Notes under the pieces: model-generated
What the model was told of the DNA's origin: nothing
What the model saw: the letters and a program-made list of their open reading frames with translations, nothing else
Databases searched by the model: none
Source of the DNA: an archaeon
GTDB taxonomy: Archaea > Nanobdellota > Nanobdellia > Pacearchaeales > GW2011-AR1
NCBI GenBank assembly: GCA_027343665.1
Contig: DAHWKL010000002.1
Span: 109,386-173,385, forward strand
DNA: 64,000 nt
Direction of reading: 5' to 3'
Shown here: positions 1-9,260 of the stretch, piece after piece
Layout: every line of letters starts with the position of its first letter
Position numbering within the stretch: position 1 is the first letter of the stretch
Position numbers and translations under genes: made by a program

Positions 1-2156
1 TAGCAAGAGTCTCATCAAAAGACATGAATGCGATGAATTTATCCCCGGGAGAAGTACTTCTGATAGAAGGGAAGATTCCTGTCATTGTGAAAGTTCTCAG
101 ATCCCTTGACGGAGACAAGTCGATAGGAAAAATAAGACTGGATGGAACAGTGAGATCAAATATAGGCTTTTCTATAGGAGACGATGTAAAAGTTGAAAAA
201 GTAGATGTCGCGCCTGCAGAGTCTATAACTCTTTCCCCAACACAGGAAGGAATACAATTCAGTGATAATCCTACGGAATTTTTCCACAATAAGCTTCTTG
301 AAAAACCCCTTGTCCTCGGACAAAAAATAGTCATTGATGTATTTGGAACAAGATTAAGCTATGCTGTCTCAAAAGTCTCTCCAAAAGGAAACGTTATAGT
401 TACTCCTTCAACCAAAATAACAGTCTCGGATGAGGTTTACAGCGGAGATTTAAGAGCTACAGGCATCAGCTATGAAGACATAGGTGGGCTTAAAGAAGAG
501 ATAGATGCGATAAGGGAAATGGTCGAACTTCCAATGAAACATCCGGAAGTTTTCCAAAAATTAGGCGTTGGAGCCCCAAAAGGAGTCTTGCTCACAGGAC
601 CTCCAGGGACAGGTAAAACTCTTCTTGCTAAAGCTGTTGCAACAGAGACAGATTCGGCGTTCTTCTCCATAGCAGGACCGGAGATAATGAGTAAATATTA
701 TGGCGAAAGCGAAAAACATATAAGAGAAGTTTTCGAAAAAGCTCAGAAGAATGCACCTTCTATCATTTTTATAGATGAAATAGATTCAATAGCTCCAAAA
801 AGAGGGGAGGGAACTGACCAGACAGAAAAAAGGATTGTTGCTCAGCTTCTCACTTTAATGGATGGACTCAAATCCCGGGGGCAACTTGTAGTCATGGCTG
901 CGACTAACAGACCAGATGACATTGATGAGGCATTAAGAAGACCAGGACGATTTGACAGGGAACTAAGAATCAATCCTCCGACGGAAGAAGGAAGAAAAGA
1001 GATTTTGCAGATACATACTCGTGGAATGCCTCTTGCACAGGATGTAGATTTTAATGAACTTGCTATGAGGACAATCGGATATACTGGTGCGGATTTGGAA
1101 GTTTTGTCAAAGGAAGCCGGATTAAAATCAATAAAACCTTTTTTCAATGATCTTAAAAAAATGCAGGAAAAAATCCCGACAGAAGTTCTTGATAAAATAA
1201 AAGTTTCAAGAAATGATTTTATTGAAGCATTGAAAAAAGTAGAACCCTCGGCTATGAGAGAGGTATTGATAAAAAAGCCACATGTGAAATGGGAAGACAT
1301 CGGAGGATTAAAAGAAGCGAAGGAAAGGTTAAGGGAACTTGTCGAGCTCCCACTAATGAGACCAGATTTGTACAAAGCTGCCGGAATAAAATCATCCAAG
1401 GGAATACTGCTCTATGGTCCACCAGGAACAGGTAAAACTCTTCTTGCTAAAGCTGTCGCAAACGAAGCGAATGCAAATTTTATCTCGGTAAAAGGACCTG
1501 AACTTATATCAAAATGGGTCGGAGAAAGTGAAAAACATGTAAGAGAAATTTTCAAGAAAGCAAAGCAGGTTGCTCCGGCGATAATCTTTTTTGATGAGTT
1601 TGATTCCATCTCAAAATCAAGAGGTTCATTTAATGATTCATCTGAAAAAGTTGTTAACCAACTGCTGACAGAACTTGATGGGGTTGAAGAATTAGAGAAT
1701 GTTATTGTAATAGCAGCTACAAACAGAAAAGATCTGATTGACCCTGCACTTCTTCGCCCGGGAAGGATAGATGCGCACGTAGAACTTCCGATGCCTGATG
1801 AAGAGACAAGAAAGGAAATTTTCAGGGTACACATGAAAGAGATGCCCGTGGAGAAAGATGTCAAAATCGACGAGATGGCAAAGATAACTGATTACTGGAC
1901 AGGAGCTGACATTGAAGCTGTCGTGAGATTCGCGGGTGTGAACGCAATAAAAAGGAATTACAACCTGAAAAAACCAAGTGAACTTAGGATAACAAAAGAG
2001 GACTTTGATCTTGCCATTAAGACTGTCGGATCCGATAAAGAGATCGTTCCGGAGCACGAGCACAATCACGTCGACATGAACGAGATAATGAAAGCTTTAC
2101 CGAAGTTGGATAAGAAAGACAAAAATTCCGAAGAAAAGAATCCTAAGAAAAAATAA
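1..2156 (+). CDS. cdc48: CDC48/VCP-type AAA+ ATPase, 5' end truncated by window edge
   Basis: Two AAA modules, each with Walker [16 protein letters not shown] and Walker B IIF(I/F)DE. The frame of the listed ORF (24..2156) stays open back to nt 3 (..[18 protein letters not shown]..). This resembles the conserved GIARxxxxxMxxLGxxPGD of Cdc48 N-domains, so the true start lies upstream of the window. Confidence 0.92.
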   Translation, partial: ARVSSKDMNAMNLSPGEVLLIEGKIPVIVKVLRSLDGDKSIGKIRLDGTVRSNIGFSIGDDVKVEKVDVAPAESITLSPTQEGIQFSDNPTEFFHNKLLEKPLVLGQKIVIDVFGTRLSYAVSKVSPKGNVIVTPSTKITVSDEVYSGDLRATGISYEDIGGLKEEIDAIREMVELPMKHPEVFQKLGVGAPKGVLLTGPPGTGKTLLAKAVATETDSAFFSIAGPEIMSKYYGESEKHIREVFEKAQKNAPSIIFIDEIDSIAPKRGEGTDQTEKRIVAQLLTLMDGLKSRGQLVVMAATNRPDDIDEALRRPGRFDRELRINPPTEEGRKEILQIHTRGMPLAQDVDFNELAMRTIGYTGADLEVLSKEAGLKSIKPFFNDLKKMQEKIPTEVLDKIKVSRNDFIEALKKVEPSAMREVLIKKPHVKWEDIGGLKEAKERLRELVELPLMRPDLYKAAGIKSSKGILLYGPPGTGKTLLAKAVANEANANFISVKGPELISKWVGESEKHVREIFKKAKQVAPAIIFFDEFDSISKSRGSFNDSSEKVVNQLLTELDGVEELENVIVIAATNRKDLIDPALLRPGRIDAHVELPMPDEETRKEIFRVHMKEMPVEKDVKIDEMAKITDYWTGADIEAVVRFAGVNAIKRNYNLKKPSELRITKEDFDLAIKTVGSDKEIVPEHEHNHVDMNEIMKALPKLDKKDKNSEEKNPKKK

Positions 2157-2158
2157 GG

Positions 2159-3037
2159 TTATTTAGAAGTGTTTACCACATTATCTTTCTCGATTAAAAA
2201 AGTGTTCTCAGACTGGGCAACTAATTTCCCTTTCTCTTCCGTAAGAATTGGATATTGATATAATATTCCTTCACCTTCAAGATGATTAAGAGCGAGTATA
2301 GCTCTTGCACCAAATTCTTTTACAACCCACCTAGAAGCAAAAGGCAAAGAACCATAATTATCTTTAACAAATTCCAGAATTTCCCTCCCTAAAGGGTCAC
2401 GTGTATTTTTGTCCTTTTGTAGGATGAAGATGTTCCCTTTTCTTCCTTCATGTATGAGCCCTTTCCCGTCAGTCGCAAAGGGTTCAATTGCATAAAGGCC
2501 TTCATCAAATTCAGTCTGGGAATTATTATCCACATTAGGAACAGTTATCCCAGCATGAAGGTCATATTGTTCCATTGAGTGACCTGAAAGGTTAGCTATA
2601 ACATTAAATCCATAAGATCTTATAGTTTTTTCAATTGCTTCCCCCACCTTACCCAGTGTAGTACTTGAAGACAGGATTTCCTCAGCATTTTTGAGTGCCT
2701 CTTCAGTTGACCTTATAAGTTCTTTGTTTGTTTCAGAATTTTCTAAATCAACAGAAAAAGAATTGTCTGCTATCCAGCCGTCAACTTCAACGCCAAAATC
2801 AACTTTCATAAGCCCTTGTGCAACAGATGTATCATCATATGAAGGAGTGTAATGTGCTGCGTATTCGTTTATTGATAAATTAACCGGAAAGGCTATTCCT
2901 CCTTTAAGTTCATGGATTTTCTTCTCGATTGTTTCAGCAAGTTCCAGGAGCGGGACACCTTTTTTCACTTTAGGCTTAACCCATGATTTGACCTCACTTG
3001 CTATTTTGCCTGCTTTGATTATCTTTTCCTTTTCCAT
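2159..3037 (-). CDS. map: methionine aminopeptidase, type 2 (archaeal/eukaryotic class)
   Basis: 292 aa with a pita-bread fold pattern (KAGKIASEV.., AAHYTP, DFGVEVDG, SGHSM, YAIEPF). Convergent with cdc48, 2-nt gap. Confidence 0.88.
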   Translation of the reverse strand: MEKEKIIKAGKIASEVKSWVKPKVKKGVPLLELAETIEKKIHELKGGIAFPVNLSINEYAAHYTPSYDDTSVAQGLMKVDFGVEVDGWIADNSFSVDLENSETNKELIRSTEEALKNAEEILSSSTTLGKVGEAIEKTIRSYGFNVIANLSGHSMEQYDLHAGITVPNVDNNSQTEFDEGLYAIEPFATDGKGLIHEGRKGNIFILQKDKNTRDPLGREILEFVKDNYGSLPFASRWVVKEFGARAILALNHLEGEGILYQYPILTEEKGKLVAQSENTFLIEKDNVVNTSK

Positions 3038-3095
3038 TTTTCTAGTCTTGATTAAAAGAAAAAACGATTTTTAAATGTTAAGATAGCCAAAATGG

Positions 3096-3581
3096 TCAAT
3101 TCTCAACATTCCGGTCTCTCAGTCTTCTGGATTTGGGGATGAAATTCGCAATTTTTTCGGCAGAAGCTTTTCCTGTCCCCAAAAAATCATCTTTATATTT
3201 TATTATAACAAATCCGCTTAACCCTGTCTTTTTCAAAAGCTCATGCCCCATCATCCAAGTCTCCATCTCGTCGCTGTTTAATTCAACAATGTTCCTCTTT
3301 ATTTCGTTTCCTATTACATGGGTCCCCTCTATTGATAATCTTACTCCGAATTCATCAACTTTAGCAAAATAAACTCCGGCTCTTTCTACAAAAGCAATTT
3401 TCTCCAGATCATTTAGATTTTTCCCATCAAGATTGCCGCTAAAAAGAAAAATCCTTTCCTTTCCCCTCATAATCAAAATACCTGGAACATTTTTAATGCC
3501 AAACTCCGCATCCAATTTTGAGATGAAATCTTTCCTTTCTTCACCTTCAAGAATTTTAAGCTGTTCTGCTTGAGGCTTCAT
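3096..3581 (-). CDS. NIP7-like pre-PUA/PUA domain RNA-binding protein
   Basis: 161 aa with a C-terminal PUA-like segment (GFVIIKYKDDFLGTGKA..ANFIPKSRRL). Its start overlaps the stop of the upstream NOL1/NOP2/Sun methyltransferase by 4 nt. Confidence 0.6.
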   Translation of the reverse strand: MKPQAEQLKILEGEERKDFISKLDAEFGIKNVPGILIMRGKERIFLFSGNLDGKNLNDLEKIAFVERAGVYFAKVDEFGVRLSIEGTHVIGNEIKRNIVELNSDEMETWMMGHELLKKTGLSGFVIIKYKDDFLGTGKASAEKIANFIPKSRRLRDRNVEN

Positions 3582-4597
3582 TTCACCCTCCTGAATTTCG
3601 CAAGAAAGAACCCTTCAGTATTATTATCCTGGGGGTATATCCTTTTGCTTTTCTTCACGCGCGCATCATATTTTTTTCCTTCCCATTCATTTATCCCTGC
3701 CCTTGTCTTAAGAGGCAGTTCGAAGTCAACTATTTCTATATTGTCACCAAATTCTTCAAGGATATCATTAACAACTCCTTCGTTCTCTTCAGGTGCATGT
3801 GTGCAAGTAGAATAAACAATTTCCCCCCCGACCCTAAGGCACAAAAAAGCATTCTCAAAAAGCTGCTTCTGAAGCTTCGGAAGCGATTTCACATTTTTTA
3901 TATTCCACATAAGGTAAGTTTTTGGAGAACTTCTGAGCGTTCCTTCACCTGAACATGGAGCATCAACCAGCACCTTATCTAACAAAAATTTTTCTTTTTG
4001 AAATTTTTTTGTTAAATCTCTGCCATCTTTTTTTGTCACTACGACATTCATTACTCCACAACGCTCAAGGTTCGATGCAAGTATTCTCATTCTGCCAAGT
4101 GAGACTTCATTAGCAATTATTACCCCGAGATTTTTCATTGAAGCTCCGGCTTGCGTTGTTTTACTTCCTGGAGAAGCACATAAATCTAAATATCTATCTC
4201 CCGGTAGAGGATTAAGCGCAATAACAGGAAGCATTGACGACAATTCCTGGATATAATAATAACCAAGAAGATGCTCCAAGGAGCGCCCAAGTTCCCCAGG
4301 TTCTAACTTAGCTATCCCATCTTCAATGATTTCCCTTACATTCCCCGTTGGTTTTTTTCCATCAACAATCATTATTTCAGGGAAGTTTTTCCATGGAACT
4401 CTTATTATCCAGCCATAATTTTCTAATTTTCTCCTTAATTCATCAGGAATTATTTTAAGTGTGTTAACCCTTATTGAGTTCACAGGCTCAAGCTTCACAA
4501 TTTCCCAATATTTCTCCCTGTCTTTCCTATCTGGCAACAATTTTTCCATCCTCTCAGCAAAAAGAGGTTTTGGCTCTGGAATCTTTCTTTCTTTCAT
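3578..4597 (-). CDS. NOL1/NOP2/Sun-family RNA (cytosine-C5)-methyltransferase
   Basis: 339 aa. SAM site DLCASPGSKT, motif IV DAPCSGEG and motif VI YSTCT supply the two catalytic Cys of RNA m5C methyltransferases. Confidence 0.9.
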   Translation of the reverse strand: MKERKIPEPKPLFAERMEKLLPDRKDREKYWEIVKLEPVNSIRVNTLKIIPDELRRKLENYGWIIRVPWKNFPEIMIVDGKKPTGNVREIIEDGIAKLEPGELGRSLEHLLGYYYIQELSSMLPVIALNPLPGDRYLDLCASPGSKTTQAGASMKNLGVIIANEVSLGRMRILASNLERCGVMNVVVTKKDGRDLTKKFQKEKFLLDKVLVDAPCSGEGTLRSSPKTYLMWNIKNVKSLPKLQKQLFENAFLCLRVGGEIVYSTCTHAPEENEGVVNDILEEFGDNIEIVDFELPLKTRAGINEWEGKKYDARVKKSKRIYPQDNNTEGFFLAKFRRVK

Positions 4598-4618
4598 GAA
4601 AATAAAGGTGCAAAATTG

Positions 4619-4626
4619 TTTATAAG
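4619..4626 (-). promoter_or_regulatory. TATA box for the NOP2/NIP7 operon (leaderless)
   Basis: Minus-strand CTTATAAA, centred 25.5 nt upstream of the ATG at 4597. Confidence 0.5.
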
Positions 4627-4651
4627 ATTAAGGTTTTCAAAAAGATAAAAA

Positions 4652-4659
4652 TTTATAAG
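4652..4659 (+). promoter_or_regulatory. TATA box for the 4681 gene (leaderless)
   Basis: TTTATAAG centred 25.5 nt upstream of the ATG at 4681. Confidence 0.5.
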
Positions 4660-4680
4660 AGATTAAATCTATTCAGAAAT

Positions 4681-5121
4681 ATGGATTTGGGAAAGGGAAT
4701 TATAGAAAAAGATTTTCTTTTGTATTCATCTTACCAAAGCACCCCGACCGATATCCAACAAGGTATGTCAAAAATTGAGGATGAATTCAAAGATTATTTG
4801 AAAGAGTTTATCTCTGATGAAAGGACCATTTTAAATGCTGTTGAGGGATCAAGACTTGAAGTGCATCTGAATGAATTCAGATATTTTGATTTTAGGGGGA
4901 TGAAAAGCTTCGACAGTATGAAGATGTACATTGATTTAACATCAAGATTCAAAGTAACAAGAATAGCTGAAATCGAAGGGCAGCCAGAATTCATGGTAAA
5001 AGAATTAAAGCCAAAATTAAAACTGAAGCTTTTCGGTGAAGATCCTGAAAAAGTTGAGGAGTTTTATGAAAAGTTAAAAGAGATTTATCACCCATTGGAG
5101 CTTTTCCGGAAAAAACGCTAG
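4681..5121 (+). CDS. hypothetical protein
   Basis: 146-aa ORF with no recognisable motif. Supported as a gene by a correctly spaced TATA box and protein-like composition. Confidence 0.5.
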   Translation: MDLGKGIIEKDFLLYSSYQSTPTDIQQGMSKIEDEFKDYLKEFISDERTILNAVEGSRLEVHLNEFRYFDFRGMKSFDSMKMYIDLTSRFKVTRIAEIEGQPEFMVKELKPKLKLKLFGEDPEKVEEFYEKLKEIYHPLELFRKKR

Positions 5122-7583
5122 AACCACTTCTTTAAATTTTCCTGTTTTTTACCATCGATAAAATCTTTGACATTTATCTTGAAAACTTGAAAGATATTTT
5201 CAACGGATGGAATTATCTGATTCTGGAGATAATAATTTATATCATAGCCACCTTTCTCATCTTTAAGTTTAACCTTATCTCTTATAAGTTTGCTTTTTGT
5301 TGATGATTCTGCAATGTAATATTCGACAGGAGTAAAAATGTCAAAAGGCATTTTTCTCTCTTTCATCTTGATAGCCGCAACAACATGGGGGGTTATGGAT
5401 CTGTATTCTTCTATTGGTTTTTTTATTTGTGAGCGTATGATGACTTCTTCCATAGCAACTTTTCTGGATTTCAGTTTTTCAACAGTATCCTCAAAAAATT
5501 TCATAGCCTCTTTTTCATCCCCGTTTTTCAGGATCAATTTTAATATATGGTCCTGCGTCTTTCTAGCAAGATCACACCAGTCTCTTCTTACAGTTTCAAA
5601 ACCTCTTATTTTTATCTTTCCTTCCTCATCAATCATGGCATATTTCTTCTTTGCACCAGTCTCACCTGAACGTGTCGTCACCCAGATACCCCTCTTAAAG
5701 AAGTCCTCAAGCTCCATATGCATAACGCCGGGAAGTTCCGAGTTGAGCCTGTCAAGGAGCAATTTTATATCTTTTTTCGAACTTTTTCCCATAGCAAAAG
5801 CGACAGAATCAGTATCGCCATAAATCACTTCATAACCAGCTTTTTCTATTTTTTTTATCGTTTCTATATTATACTTCCTGACAAAAGCGAGTATTGAAGA
5901 TGAAGCTTCCCATGAATAATATCTCGCTCCGAAGAATCCAATATAACCGTGCGCAGAAGCTGAAAGAACTTTAAAGGCGTTGCTCCTTGCTTTTGTGATT
6001 GCATTCGGATTCTTTTTATATTCATCTTTGAATTTTTTTCTTTTCTCAAATATTCCCATGAGCATTTCAGGAAAAAAACCACCTTCTCTGGAGAAATAAA
6101 AGACCTTATTTTTTCCTCCAACGTTTATCTCGGGGGAAGCTATGGAGTTTTTTATCGAATCTGTGAGGGTCTCTTTAGAAATATTATGTGAGATTATTAT
6201 TGATGTATGCATTGAAGTGAAATCAAACATCGCAAGATCCTCATACAACCCGGGTTTAGGCTCATAAACAAAAGCTCCCTCAACTGTTGCGGATCTTCTC
6301 CTGTTTTCAATCTCAGGATTTCCCGGACGTTTCTCTGGTATCTCATTAAACTCGTCCAAGTTGTGAAGAATATAAGATTCTATTTGTCTTGAAAGCCCGT
6401 TTCTTGAAATTTCAAAAGCAGGCTCTTTTATGATTTTTGAAAATTCGAGGATGTCCGGCCAAAATTTTTCAAAAAGACCAAAGGTAAGGAATGAATCATG
6501 AAGATTATATTCAAAATAAAGATCCCAATCTTTCACTTTTGAAGAATGCTTTATATCAAAATCTTTTTTCTTTTCCCCCAAAAATTCTTTCGAAACTTCA
6601 TTCAAAGAAAGCGACTCCGATTGCATATATTGCGAATAGGCCGTCTTTATGAATCTAAAAATATCAATGTGCGATATTCCGGTAATCTTAGCTCTTTCAG
6701 CAACTCCTCTAGAAATTTGTGGCTCACTTGAATCCAAACCAAGATATAATGGAATTTTTAATATTTTAGCACGAGTCTTTATGAAAGGGAGGTCAAAGTT
6801 GTCTGAATTGTAGCCGACAAGAAAATCCGGGGAAAATTTTTTTACTTCATCCACAAACTTCAGTAGCAATTCTCTTTCATCCTTAACAAATTCTACATAA
6901 TCTTGTTTCGAAGATTTGCCTTTCCAGCTTATAACTCTTTTGAAACCTTTTCCATAAAGTGAGATCATAAGTATCTCCCCTTTCTCCGGCTTCAGAGAAT
7001 CCGTTTCAATATCATAAGCAAGAACCCTTGGAGAAAATTTTTCATCTTTCTTTAGCTCTTCTTTTTTTTCAAGATTCACCACAAAATCAGCATCGATAAT
7101 CTGATCTATCCCACCATATTTATCGGTGGAACTCAGAATCTCGCCCGAAATTTTATACCACGAAAAAGGGCATAAATCCTTTTCAATAATATAAGAAGTT
7201 ATTAAATTCACATCATACCCTCTTCTTTTTTCTATTTCTGGGATGCCAAGATTATCAGCTATGCTGTGCAAATCTTTATGGTTTGTTGCGTAAACTTTGA
7301 TCGCTTTAACTTTTTTTCCCAAAAAATTCTTGTCAAGAAGTTCTGTCCTCTCTACTTTGGTTTCACGACCTTTTTCATGGAGAGAGATTGAATTTATGTA
7401 ATTAATCACTTCATCTGCCTTTTTATCATTAAGATTATCCTTGAGAATTGCCCAAAAGTAAGGCTCAAAGCTGTCTATCACACACACCCTTTTTCCTTCA
7501 CGATTTCGGCCAAAAATCTCTATATAGTTTCTGCCTTCATAATCAAAAGAATCATAGTCAATGGGAATAAATTCAGTTTCCAT
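5118..7583 (-). CDS. polB: family-B DNA polymerase (PolB), with non-canonical motifs A and B
   Basis: 821 aa. Exo I AYDIETD, Exo II YNSDNFDLPF and Exo III YNLHD are present, as are motif C YGDTDS and the KKKY motif. C-terminal PIP box QENLKKWF. Motif A reads DFTSMHTS and motif B reads KVLSASAHG (see findings). Confidence 0.93.
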   Translation of the reverse strand: METEFIPIDYDSFDYEGRNYIEIFGRNREGKRVCVIDSFEPYFWAILKDNLNDKKADEVINYINSISLHEKGRETKVERTELLDKNFLGKKVKAIKVYATNHKDLHSIADNLGIPEIEKRRGYDVNLITSYIIEKDLCPFSWYKISGEILSSTDKYGGIDQIIDADFVVNLEKKEELKKDEKFSPRVLAYDIETDSLKPEKGEILMISLYGKGFKRVISWKGKSSKQDYVEFVKDERELLLKFVDEVKKFSPDFLVGYNSDNFDLPFIKTRAKILKIPLYLGLDSSEPQISRGVAERAKITGISHIDIFRFIKTAYSQYMQSESLSLNEVSKEFLGEKKKDFDIKHSSKVKDWDLYFEYNLHDSFLTFGLFEKFWPDILEFSKIIKEPAFEISRNGLSRQIESYILHNLDEFNEIPEKRPGNPEIENRRRSATVEGAFVYEPKPGLYEDLAMFDFTSMHTSIIISHNISKETLTDSIKNSIASPEINVGGKNKVFYFSREGGFFPEMLMGIFEKRKKFKDEYKKNPNAITKARSNAFKVLSASAHGYIGFFGARYYSWEASSSILAFVRKYNIETIKKIEKAGYEVIYGDTDSVAFAMGKSSKKDIKLLLDRLNSELPGVMHMELEDFFKRGIWVTTRSGETGAKKKYAMIDEEGKIKIRGFETVRRDWCDLARKTQDHILKLILKNGDEKEAMKFFEDTVEKLKSRKVAMEEVIIRSQIKKPIEEYRSITPHVVAAIKMKERKMPFDIFTPVEYYIAESSTKSKLIRDKVKLKDEKGGYDINYYLQNQIIPSVENIFQVFKINVKDFIDGKKQENLKKWF

Positions 7584-7651
7584 TTTATTTGAAAGAATGG
7601 GAGTTTTATAAGTTTAATCTGGATAATGCAGGAAGTCCGGAAATCATAAGA

Positions 7652-7659
7652 TTTATATA
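7652..7659 (+). promoter_or_regulatory. TATA box for the 7681 gene (leaderless)
   Basis: TTTATATA centred 25.5 nt upstream of the ATG at 7681. A second box at 7604-7611 on the minus strand lies 24.5 nt upstream of the polB ATG (7583). Confidence 0.5.
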
Positions 7660-7680
7660 TCACTATTTAGTGGTTATAAT

Positions 7681-8187
7681 ATGGGAAAAGAGGCAAATAA
7701 CATGAGTACAGCTAAGGTTTACAGAGAAATTTATCACATAGTCAAGGGAAGAAATTTCATGGATATTGACTCAGAAGACAAAAAGAAGATTGTTAATCTC
7801 GCTTACGGATCTAATTATGGAAAAATGGAAATAGAGGAAATGGAACCTTTTCAAGTCATGGGACTTGCAAAACATGTTTATAACACCGCTATAAGAATAT
7901 ATGAAAATGAGGAAAGAAAAAAATCAAATATGCTTGAGAGAAAATCTATAAGCACAAATGGTCCAGGAAAAGGCTTAATGCCACAAATCAATTCAGAAGA
8001 AATAAAGAAGTTTGGCTCTTATGAGACAGAATTGTTCAATAAATTGTGGGACCTTATGGATGAAATATCAAATTATGATGAAGCCAGAAAAATGGCTCAA
8101 GAAGCAAAGGATATGTTATCTCAACTTCCCGGATCTCATCCCCTGAACGAATGGTACTTGAGACTTTCCAGAGAGTTAAATATTTAA
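7681..8187 (+). CDS. hypothetical protein (between polB and fen1)
   Basis: 168-aa ORF, charged and helical, with no recognisable motif. Confidence 0.5.
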   Translation: MGKEANNMSTAKVYREIYHIVKGRNFMDIDSEDKKKIVNLAYGSNYGKMEIEEMEPFQVMGLAKHVYNTAIRIYENEERKKSNMLERKSISTNGPGKGLMPQINSEEIKKFGSYETELFNKLWDLMDEISNYDEARKMAQEAKDMLSQLPGSHPLNEWYLRLSRELNI

Positions 8188-8209
8188 CATATTCGCCCTT
8201 TTTCTAACC

Positions 8210-9247
8210 ATGGGATTAAATATAAGGGAAATTGTCTCAAGAAAAGAACTAAATCTGCCCGAATTAAAAGGAAAAACCCTCTGTGTAGATGCCTTCAATG
8301 TTCTCTATCAGTTCCTATCTACAATAAGACAAGCAGACGGAACACCTTTGCAGGATGAAAAAGGAGAGATAACTTCCCATCTGTCGGGAATATTTTACAG
8401 GAATATTGCTCTTATGTCTGAAGGAATAAAGTTGATTTATGTTTTTGATGGTGAGCCACCTAAACTGAAAGATAAAGTGCATAAATTGAGGGGAGAGGCA
8501 CGGGAAATTGCAAAGGGAAAATATGAAGAAGCTGAAAGATTTGAAGATATTGGGGATATGAAGAGATATTCTTCACAGTTAATAAGGCTTGATGATAGAA
8601 TGATTGAAGAAGCAAAAGAGCTTCTGGAAGCCCTGGGTATATGTGTCATTCAGGCACCCGGAGAAGGGGAAGCTGAAGCGGCTTACTTATCAAGAGAAAA
8701 CGGAATTTACGGCGTTGTAAGTCAAGATTATGACTCCCTTGTTTTCGGAGCCCCAGTTCTTATAAGAAACCTGACAATATCAAGAAAAAAGAAGACTCCA
8801 GAAGGTTACGTTGAAGTTCTGCCTGAAAAGATTGTCTTGAAAGATTTTCTTTCTGAACTCGGAATAGATCAGGACCAATTGATATCACTCGCCGTTCTTG
8901 TCGGTACCGATTACAATCCAAAAGGTGTCCCGGGAATAGGCCAGAAAAAAGCCCTAAAAATTGTGAAAGAATTTGATAGCCCTAAAAAAATTTTCGATGC
9001 GATGAAAGAAAAAATGGATGAACTTTCCAATGAAGACAAGTTTGATTGGAAAGTAATTTTCAGCTTGATGAAGACACCAAAAACAAAAGATTTTGATATA
9101 AGATTTCCTGAAGCAGACTTTGAAAAGGTCAAGGAAATACTCGTGAAAAGGCACGGGTTCTCTGAAGAGAGGATTGACAATCAGCTTGAGAAACTGAATA
9201 AGACAAAAATCTCAAAAGACCAGAAGAATTTGAATAAATGGTTCTGA
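8210..9247 (+). CDS. fen1: flap endonuclease 1
   Basis: 345 aa. XPG-N (MGLNIREIV..CVDAFNVLYQFLS), XPG-I (GEGEAEAAYL) and H3TH (GTDYNPKGVPGIGQKKA) segments. C-terminal PIP box QKNLNKWF. Confidence 0.95.
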   Translation: MGLNIREIVSRKELNLPELKGKTLCVDAFNVLYQFLSTIRQADGTPLQDEKGEITSHLSGIFYRNIALMSEGIKLIYVFDGEPPKLKDKVHKLRGEAREIAKGKYEEAERFEDIGDMKRYSSQLIRLDDRMIEEAKELLEALGICVIQAPGEGEAEAAYLSRENGIYGVVSQDYDSLVFGAPVLIRNLTISRKKKTPEGYVEVLPEKIVLKDFLSELGIDQDQLISLAVLVGTDYNPKGVPGIGQKKALKIVKEFDSPKKIFDAMKEKMDELSNEDKFDWKVIFSLMKTPKTKDFDIRFPEADFEKVKEILVKRHGFSEERIDNQLEKLNKTKISKDQKNLNKWF

Positions 9248-9260
9248 AACACCTAAAGGA

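Noticed and set aside
609-637. A 29-nt stretch (ACAGGTAAAACTCTTCTTGCTAAAGCTGT) identical between 609-637 and 1428-1456.
   Set aside because: It is not a mobile repeat. Both copies encode the Walker [11 protein letters not shown] of the two AAA domains of cdc48. The identity at synonymous sites may reflect codon bias or intragenic conversion, but it is confined to the most conserved peptide.
842-1399. Long antisense ORFs inside well-supported genes. Examples are 470..670, 842..1399, 1412..1864 and 1692..2069 in cdc48; 5338..5823 in polB; 9964..10386; 13696..14076; 15675..16259 in rfcL. Further examples are 40644..41423 (259 aa) in mcm; 43325..43762; 47658..48131; 52720..53232; 53941..54324; and 56072..56425 in ftsZ.
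   Set aside because: All are Ser/Phe/Leu/Ile-rich, low-complexity translations of the reverse strand of Lys/Glu-rich genes. They have no motifs and no TATA or SD signal, and they fully overlap high-confidence CDS. This is the typical stop-poor antisense frame of AT-rich coding DNA.
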